Positions 57,227 to 64,000 of a stretch of 64,000 nt of DNA are shown piece by piece; positions within the stretch are counted from its first letter, which is position 1, and every line of letters starts with the position of its first letter. Both the position numbers and the translations under genes were made by a program. The notes under the pieces are model-generated. The model saw only the letters and a program-made list of their open reading frames with translations, searched no databases and had not been told where the DNA came from. Origin of the DNA: a virus; the IMG/VR virus record IMGVR_UViG_3300037587_000516, positions 1-64,000 of that record; one strand, written 5' to 3'.

Positions 57227-58927
57227 CTACCTTCCATAATTCCGTAAACTGGAAAGATATGCTTGTCTTTGTTGTTCCTTTTGTGCTGATTCTTCTGGAG
57301 TTAAACCTACTTGCTTAATGTGTTCTCCCGTTTGAAAATCAGTAGAACCTATGTTATATCTCTGCCTAATGTCTTGGTATTGTTGGGCTTCGTCAGTAAA
57401 CCCACCTCCCACTTTCTTGGATATCCAATCTTGTTTTATTTTAGCTATTTCCTGTGGAGTAAAAGTTTCACCAGCAGCTTGTCGTCTTTCTATGGACAGG
57501 TTAGCAGTTCTTTCTGCGTTCTCTACCATACTTCTAGTACTCATGGCTTGTTGTGGAGTTAATCCAGACATAAGGTTTTGAAGTTCAGTTTCATAATCCT
57601 GCCGCTTTTGTTCAACGCCTGCTTGAAAATCACCAGCTTGTGTAAACAATTGTTGACCGCCAGCTTGTAGATTTTGATCAACACCACCGCCCAATTGAGT
57701 TAATGCATTTAGCTGTGCGGCTTGCTCTGCGGTTCTAAAAGAACCTTCGCCCAACTGGTTAAATCTAATATAGTCAGCAATATTCTCTCCATATAATTCA
57801 CCAGTCATACCAGACATGCCTAACGTTTTGAACTGTTCTGGAGTTAATTGCTGACCACTTGCTACTGCGGATTGTAATGCAGCTTGTTGTTGTTGTGCAG
57901 TTGATAAACCAGCAGCAACGTCTTCCTGAACTCCAGCACGCCTTGCTGCAACAGCCTCCGTTGCCTGTGTTGCAATGTCTCCACGTTGCGCAGCTTGTTG
58001 TGCAAGCCTTGTTTGAACATCAGTTCCTAATGTACCAACCTGAGTACCAAGACCACTAGCCGCTTCCCTTGCTGATCTAACGCCACTGGCTCGCTGGGCA
58101 GCATCTCCACCAAGTAACAGTGTATCAAGTGCTTTTTGTCCACCAGTATATCTAGAACTCTGTTTTCCAACGGTTCTTTCTAGCTCCTCTTCACGACCAG
58201 CTGCCGTTCCAAATCCCTTTGCTCTACGTTCTAATTCACTTGCTTGTGCCCGTTGCCGTGATAGCTCCGGGGCAATTATTTGTTGACCACCAGTTCCAGT
58301 TCTTAATCTATTAAATCTCTCAATGTCAGATTCTCCAGCACCACCAGCACCAGCTTGAGCAACAGTTTGTTGAACAAATGGCTGTGCAGCTTCTAATCTA
58401 GCCTGTTCTTGAGTAATTTGTGAACCAGCTCCTAATGCTGTTTCTCGTTGACCCGCAACATCTTGTCTTAGCGCTTGTGTCTCTTTACCAAATCCACCGG
58501 TTATTTGCTGTGATAATTGCTCTGTTTTTGGCACATTTGCTTCGATATACTGCTTTGGGTTAACAAACGACCCACTACCAGCCGGAGCATCAGATGACTC
58601 TGGTTGTGCTCCCGGTACAGTTGCGCCCGCCGGAGCCTGTCCACCAATAGCCGCACTTTGGGTTGACGCTGAAACTTCATCCTCATCGTCCTCTTCACTC
58701 ACTACACCGCCAGTTACAAACTTCTGGGGTTCCCGTGAGTTAGTCCTACGCTCAGCTAACTGCTTGATACTACGTTGATAAGGGTACACAGGGGCCTGCT
58801 GTGGGGCAGGTTGTGCTGGTTGTTTTGACAGGTCGATGGACTCTCCAATAGGAGGCTGTTCCAACGGTTTCATTAGACTTTTCTTCTTTTTGTCTGTATC
58901 AGACTCAATTGCCATTAAATTCTCCAA
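57227..58927 (-). CDS. internal virion protein
   Basis: Q/A/G-rich 566-aa ORF in virion module. Confidence 0.55.
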   Translation of the reverse strand: MENLMAIESDTDKKKKSLMKPLEQPPIGESIDLSKQPAQPAPQQAPVYPYQRSIKQLAERRTNSREPQKFVTGGVVSEEDDEDEVSASTQSAAIGGQAPAGATVPGAQPESSDAPAGSGSFVNPKQYIEANVPKTEQLSQQITGGFGKETQALRQDVAGQRETALGAGSQITQEQARLEAAQPFVQQTVAQAGAGGAGESDIERFNRLRTGTGGQQIIAPELSRQRAQASELERRAKGFGTAAGREEELERTVGKQSSRYTGGQKALDTLLLGGDAAQRASGVRSAREAASGLGTQVGTLGTDVQTRLAQQAAQRGDIATQATEAVAARRAGVQEDVAAGLSTAQQQQAALQSAVASGQQLTPEQFKTLGMSGMTGELYGENIADYIRFNQLGEGSFRTAEQAAQLNALTQLGGGVDQNLQAGGQQLFTQAGDFQAGVEQKRQDYETELQNLMSGLTPQQAMSTRSMVENAERTANLSIERRQAAGETFTPQEIAKIKQDWISKKVGGGFTDEAQQYQDIRQRYNIGSTDFQTGEHIKQVGLTPEESAQKEQQRQAYLSSLRNYGR

Positions 58928-58958
58928 ATATGGGCGGCTTATTAAAAAACAAACCTCT

Positions 58959-58972
58959 TATATAGTTGTTAA
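58959..58972 (-). promoter_or_regulatory. candidate late promoter TTAACAACTATATA
   Basis: at the only sizeable intergenic gap of the virion module; near-copy at 4103-4116. Confidence 0.45.
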
Positions 58973-59379
58973 TTACCTATAATCATCACTGTAAAATCGT
59001 ACTTATTATCAGCCTGTAACCCGCTAATATTGTTTACCTTTACCACAAGTTTAGACCTTGTTGCTGAAATAAAGGGCGTAGACGTAGGAAACAGGCTCCC
59101 GTCGGTCCTATTTACTGCTGAAATGACAATAAACCCAGCAACATTGGTCTGTGTAACCTTAAACAGATTATTACCAACTGGGGTCCCGGAAGAATCAACA
59201 GTCATACTAAATGTCGTAACCTCTTGATTTAAGTTATCAAAATCAATATTTCCATTCATTGTACCAACAACTTGGTCCATAAATCTATTAAGGGTAAACG
59301 CCAGTTTGTCGATGACATCGTGGTATTTCTTAGGATAATCCTCTTTTAGTATACGCCTTATGTTATCTAACTGTGGCAT
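58969..59379 (-). CDS. hypothetical virion/tail protein
   Basis: coupled to tail gene; NGNIDFDN motif. Confidence 0.55.
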   Translation of the reverse strand: MPQLDNIRRILKEDYPKKYHDVIDKLAFTLNRFMDQVVGTMNGNIDFDNLNQEVTTFSMTVDSSGTPVGNNLFKVTQTNVAGFIVISAVNRTDGSLFPTSTPFISATRSKLVVKVNNISGLQADNKYDFTVMIIGN

Positions 59380-62300
59380 TAAATACCCCTGTATGCTCTA
59401 GTTGAGTACGCCCTTGGCTCAAGTGAAATCCCCAAAATACTGAAAATCTCTCTGGCATTTATATGCGTAAATTTAACGGAAATATATCGACATCGTTGCT
59501 TTTGTCTTGGAATTAGGGTCCTAAAAGGAACGTCAGTCCCTTCTCCACCCCAGGCAGATTCTCCCCAAGGAAAGCTTCCCCAAAAACCAACGCCTCTACC
59601 ATTAAACTTTAGATCGCCGAAATCCTTACTGAGGTCGGTTGAGAAGGACAGAGTTGCTGAGACGAAGTTATTTTGATCTAGGACCAAGGTTCCTTCAGCA
59701 ACTTGCTTAAGAGACTCTGGGCTACCAAAATGCTGTGGCGCATATTCTACAGTAGACTTAATACCAATAAAATCAGTAATAGGTCCAAATAGAAAGGGCA
59801 TTGCATATTCAAGAGTTAGAACAGCTGCTGTAGCATCTATACTATTTATCACTGCTTCAAATAATGTGCCCTCTGATATTGTTTGATAATCAAAAAACCC
59901 AGTACCGGCTGAAAGATTTAACTCACCAATAAAAGTATTGTAATCATCTCCAATTTGTGTAAACGTAACTCCTGTTGGAACAGAGTAACTTGTTGTAGCA
60001 TCGTCAGTGTTAACCTTCGTTACCAGCGCTAATAACTGCGCAGCAGAATCGGCACCAACCGTAAGTTCTAATGTTGATTCATAATCAATATCGTCCAATA
60101 AAACATCAGTATCTAGTTTTCTAAGTAGTCGATTAAACTTAGCCAACGTGACCTGCTGAAGTTGAGTAATAACATCACCAGGATTCATATTAAGGGAGGT
60201 TGCTACTCGTATCTCAACAGAGTCGGCAGGAACTGTTTGGACAATGATCGTTGCAACAAAATCATCATCAGCATGATCGGTTCTATCATTCAGTTTACGT
60301 TCTTTGCGAACAAACGATGTTCCGCCAGCGGATATATACAGCTTATCGTCAGCTGGATTAACAACCGCATTTGTTGCATCTAGGCCAGTCCACCTAACCC
60401 ACCCGCTATTAAACGTATTGTATCTATAGACTTGAGTTCCGAATGTGTCTGGTTCTGCTGATGGCATCCATAATAAGTATGATCTATCAGTTTCATACCC
60501 AACCCCAAATGCTGCGGTTCTAACATTAAATTGATTTCCGGATACCCCAAAGATCTTATCTTCAATCCGTCTTGAAATAACACCAACGCCAGTATCAGCA
60601 ACAGTGGCAACGCCCTGTGTTGACAGCATGTATATTTGGTTATTTAAGTTAGCAGCGCTATCTGGTGCTATAATACTAACTGAATCATCTAATAGTCTCA
60701 CCGAAAAATTGGGAGCTATAGTTCCTGTTAATATGAAAACCCCATCTGTTTTCAATATAAATAGATTATCACGAAGAGCAATGATTCTTTCGATTGGCTC
60801 ATCTTTTCCACCAACGTCAATAAAGTTAACTATAGGAACTGCTTCTGGTCGTCCGTTTTTTGAAAAGTATACTCTATTAGGACTAACTTCGTTATCAGCA
60901 GTTTGTCGTATTTCAAATACTCGCCCTGTTGATGTTGCATCAAATGTTTCGGCAATATCAAATTCCGTAACGGATTGAATGTTAGTAATTTCGTATTTAC
61001 CAAATGCTGCATTTGTTGTGTTATAAATAAAAACTTCATTACCAACCACATATCCATGACTCAACGTTGTTGTAACTCTAATGGTCCCAACTGCCGGTTC
61101 CGACATTGACGCAACAACAATAGCCTGATCCATAATTGGATTAAATTGATTTGTTATACTAGCAGTATCGTCCTGTAGCCCAATATAGAACTCTGTATCA
61201 GACAATGCCTTGCCCTCAAGTAGAATCAGCCCAGGAAGATCGTCTTCGCTTGATAAATAACTGGCGTTAACAATCCCGTTAGTATCTGCGTTTATTATTC
61301 TAACCAAAGATCGAGCAGACTCATCAATAGACTGTGCGATGGATACTAGACTAGATAGTAAAACGTCACCACCAGCAGCAGTATCCGCCGTTTCTCCAGT
61401 ACCTTGGGTAATAGAACCAATTGCCCATGCTCCACCAAGTGAGTTTACTGTAGCATCATCTGCTTTTCCGTTTTTACTGGCGACTATTGTTACTGAGCCA
61501 GTATTGTCTGTTACAGCAAAATCTAAAGAAAAGGTTGCATTTCCAGTAAGTATTGATTCAACTTGAGCCGATGTTCCAGCAGCAGTATCAGCCACTCCGG
61601 AAATATCAACTCGAATGCCAATTCGCCCAACAATTGCGGGATCTGTATCAGAACCAGTTGTGTCCATCCAGACATAGTATTTTCTTTCGTTAGTTGCTGA
61701 GTTCAATAGTATATGTCCAGCAGCAGTTGTATTTGTTCTGGAATCACATGTTATTGGCGTAGTCTCAATTGACCCAACAAAGGTATATTCTCGATCAACA
61801 GTTGCGTTTCCAATTACAAATTTAGAAACTCCACTAGTTAATGCCGAAACGCCAAGTAATGTAAATTGTTGTCTATAAATTGTTTGTGTGTTTGCATAGA
61901 ATGTTGAGCCACGAAAGTTAGCAATGTCGTTTGCCAATGGCGGCTTATCATTCGCCTGTAGAATACCATCACCACTAACGGGGTTTGTATATAAAAGAAC
62001 TCCGGACTCTCTAAAGCTATCTGGCAATTCATCTGTAATGGAAATAGTCCCGGCTGAAATCTCGGCGGAAGTAAGGTTCGACTCGAATACAAGATTCATT
62101 TCATCACCGGGCGCAATATTATCTAGATCGCCGATTACTGAAACAGTACTAAGCCCTGTTCTATATACTTGGTAGAAAAAGTCAGTAGTATTTGCACTGT
62201 CCGGGATGATATAAGTAAGATCAACGTTTGCTTCTAAAGTTTCGTCGGTGTTTACAACAACCAACCGTAAGCTTGGAGCACCAAGAAGTAAGTTATTATT

Positions 62301-62840
62301 TTCATCTCGCTTGCCCCAAACAATTCTATAAGCAACTCCGCTAAGTGCGGGCAAAAATGCACCGATAGAGTAACTAACGACTCCCGAAATATCTAATGCT
62401 TTCGGCATACCGGCATCAACAATAAACCCTGCTGTAGTTGTAAAGTTTGTAGCTCCTCCAGTTAATGTTCCGCCTATCTTTTTAATTCCGTCACTACTTG
62501 TAAAATACAAATTACTATTTGCTTCTACATACTTAATGCGAATGTCAGACTCAACCTCGGTAAAGCTGCCGGAAAATGCAGTAAACACTCCAGTTCGGGC
62601 ATCGTCTTCAAATTCTAATGTTGTTCCGTAGTGGCGAAGAATTCTGTCTTTGTATGTAAGCAGTGATTTTATTTGAACATCGCCAGATGTTGTGTTTCCA
62701 TACTCGGACATTCCTCGTCTTGGTTGCACAGTATCGCGTCTGTCAATAACTATATTGTCAGCAACTTTTAGTGCTCCTTCTGAGAGCCCCAATTCGTTAT
62801 GGTATGTTTCAAGGCCTCTAGCTTTGAGAAGGGAGCTCAC
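59379..62840 (-). CDS. tail nozzle / tail tubular protein B-like
   Basis: NIVID..VQPRRG N-terminus; beta-propeller-like RVYFS..PEA, LFILK.DG; C-terminal FWGSFPWG..WGG. Confidence 0.7.
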   Translation of the reverse strand: MSSLLKARGLETYHNELGLSEGALKVADNIVIDRRDTVQPRRGMSEYGNTTSGDVQIKSLLTYKDRILRHYGTTLEFEDDARTGVFTAFSGSFTEVESDIRIKYVEANSNLYFTSSDGIKKIGGTLTGGATNFTTTAGFIVDAGMPKALDISGVVSYSIGAFLPALSGVAYRIVWGKRDENNNLLLGAPSLRLVVVNTDETLEANVDLTYIIPDSANTTDFFYQVYRTGLSTVSVIGDLDNIAPGDEMNLVFESNLTSAEISAGTISITDELPDSFRESGVLLYTNPVSGDGILQANDKPPLANDIANFRGSTFYANTQTIYRQQFTLLGVSALTSGVSKFVIGNATVDREYTFVGSIETTPITCDSRTNTTAAGHILLNSATNERKYYVWMDTTGSDTDPAIVGRIGIRVDISGVADTAAGTSAQVESILTGNATFSLDFAVTDNTGSVTIVASKNGKADDATVNSLGGAWAIGSITQGTGETADTAAGGDVLLSSLVSIAQSIDESARSLVRIINADTNGIVNASYLSSEDDLPGLILLEGKALSDTEFYIGLQDDTASITNQFNPIMDQAIVVASMSEPAVGTIRVTTTLSHGYVVGNEVFIYNTTNAAFGKYEITNIQSVTEFDIAETFDATSTGRVFEIRQTADNEVSPNRVYFSKNGRPEAVPIVNFIDVGGKDEPIERIIALRDNLFILKTDGVFILTGTIAPNFSVRLLDDSVSIIAPDSAANLNNQIYMLSTQGVATVADTGVGVISRRIEDKIFGVSGNQFNVRTAAFGVGYETDRSYLLWMPSAEPDTFGTQVYRYNTFNSGWVRWTGLDATNAVVNPADDKLYISAGGTSFVRKERKLNDRTDHADDDFVATIIVQTVPADSVEIRVATSLNMNPGDVITQLQQVTLAKFNRLLRKLDTDVLLDDIDYESTLELTVGADSAAQLLALVTKVNTDDATTSYSVPTGVTFTQIGDDYNTFIGELNLSAGTGFFDYQTISEGTLFEAVINSIDATAAVLTLEYAMPFLFGPITDFIGIKSTVEYAPQHFGSPESLKQVAEGTLVLDQNNFVSATLSFSTDLSKDFGDLKFNGRGVGFWGSFPWGESAWGGEGTDVPFRTLIPRQKQRCRYISVKFTHINAREIFSILGISLEPRAYSTRAYRGI

Positions 62841-63541
62841 TATAAATCTCCTTTATAATACGAAAAAGTATAACCACCAGCAGTTTTGCGTTTTCCAAGC
62901 ACCACTTTGTTTATTGATCTAGAATCTATGTTTAATATCTCACCGGCATCTTTTTGTGAGGGAAATATTCTATTTAATTCATTACAAATAATGGGCTTTT
63001 TCATAGCATTTGCTCTTTTTATTTTTTCTTTCTTTGTTTGTATTCGACCGCGATTTGCATCACCAATCTTCTTTTTTCTTTCTTCAGAACACGGAACTCC
63101 TTGAAAATGATGCCCGTTTTCCTTCATGCGCAACTTTGTGCGAATACTAATCTGTAGTCTTGCTTCTGGGTTTTCTTTATAATATTCTTTTAGTTTATCA
63201 GAAATCCTTTTTCTACTTTCATCCGATACTGAAGCTAGCGTGGTTCCGTCACCGCCATCTAAGTGGTTGTTTAGCTTACAGTTCTTTTTGCGAAAATACC
63301 TAATCCAATAAGCCTCTTGCTTAACTCCCTGTTCTACAGTTCCACACGTTTCTATAATTTTCATAATAGGCCTCATGTCATTATTTCTTAGATGTAGAAC
63401 CCAGTTTGTGTTTCTAGTCCTAGATCTTTTTAAATGATACATATTTATGTGCTCTTTGTACCGACGCTTGGGATTACAAGAAAAACCAACATATCGCAAC
63501 TTACCGTCCCTAGGATCAAATAGTCCATAAACAAAATACAT
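62840..63541 (-). CDS. GIY-YIG homing endonuclease with NUMOD repeats
   Basis: FVYGL.DPR...RYVG....RRYKEH; E.YWI; N...GGDG; SEERKKKIG; KTAGGY. Confidence 0.85.
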   Translation of the reverse strand: MYFVYGLFDPRDGKLRYVGFSCNPKRRYKEHINMYHLKRSRTRNTNWVLHLRNNDMRPIMKIIETCGTVEQGVKQEAYWIRYFRKKNCKLNNHLDGGDGTTLASVSDESRKRISDKLKEYYKENPEARLQISIRTKLRMKENGHHFQGVPCSEERKKKIGDANRGRIQTKKEKIKRANAMKKPIICNELNRIFPSQKDAGEILNIDSRSINKVVLGKRKTAGGYTFSYYKGDL

Positions 63542-64000
63542 TTAGAGCCCTCTTCTTCTATAGAGTTTGTTACTAAGCGATGACTTAAGTATACTATGAC
63601 GGTTGGAAATCTTGACCGCGGCTCCTTCGACACGGTTATCTATAAGTGACCCTGCATTATATTCCATTTTCTCTAGCTCTTTTGAAGCATTCTGCATTCC
63701 CTCAGTATCACCAAGCGCTTCTAACATCTTGACCGCAACTCTTTGTGCAAGTATCGGATGCAATTCAGCTGGCAATTGGGGAACGATAGTCTCTTCTTCT
63801 TTTAGTATCATGTCCCCAACAGCAAATGTTAATGCCTTCGGAGTTATACTAAATAGATCTATTGTAAGTAGCTGGTCGTTGTCAAAAGTAACAGTCTTTG
63901 CTACGGAATCAGTGCCGGTTGCTGTTCGATCAAAGCCCAATATTTTATTTGGAGATCTTCCTTGTATGAAGTCAAAGACCGTTGTAACATTAAAATGCTG
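63542..64000 (-). CDS. head-tail adaptor / tail tubular protein A-like (5' part outside window)
   Basis: PQLPAELHPILAQRVAVKMLEALGD pattern upstream of the nozzle gene. Confidence 0.55.
   Translation of the reverse strand, partial: QHFNVTTVFDFIQGRSPNKILGFDRTATGTDSVAKTVTFDNDQLLTIDLFSITPKALTFAVGDMILKEEETIVPQLPAELHPILAQRVAVKMLEALGDTEGMQNASKELEKMEYNAGSLIDNRVEGAAVKISNRHSILKSSLSNKLYRRRGL

Noticed and set aside
60950-61090. E1 FCCH-like segment in the tail protein as part of the Ubl system
   Set aside because: The VTTTLSHGYVVGNEVFI pattern is a beta-barrel common in phage tail proteins; no evidence of a functional link.

Overview
This window is part of a lytic tailed-phage genome with a podovirus-like virion module. 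Positions ~1-50.7 kb hold + strand early, metabolic and replication genes: class II RNR, family A DNA polymerase, primase-helicase, ERF recombinase, PD-(D/E)XK exonuclease, dUTPase, PPase, MoxR/VWA pair and several HNH nucleases. Positions ~50.7-64 kb hold - strand virion genes: ejection proteins, lytic transglycosylase, tail nozzle and adaptor. Four features stand out. (1) A compact phage-encoded ubiquitin-like conjugation operon (Ubl-E2-JAB-E1, 10370-13226) with its own promoter, flanked by three SH3-like paralogues sharing a C-terminal motif. (2) 23 dispersed copies (~7 kb total) of one small HRxDGPA-repeat gene, sitting at gene junctions in a translationally coupled way. (3) A 40-bp-period array of six convergent sigma54 (-24/-12) boxes next to a probable genome terminus. 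(4) Seven sigma28/FliA-type promoters confined to the first 10 kb, followed by sigma70 promoters. No tRNA, rRNA, CRISPR array, integrase or reverse transcriptase was recognised. All product calls come from motif recognition by eye; no database search was run.
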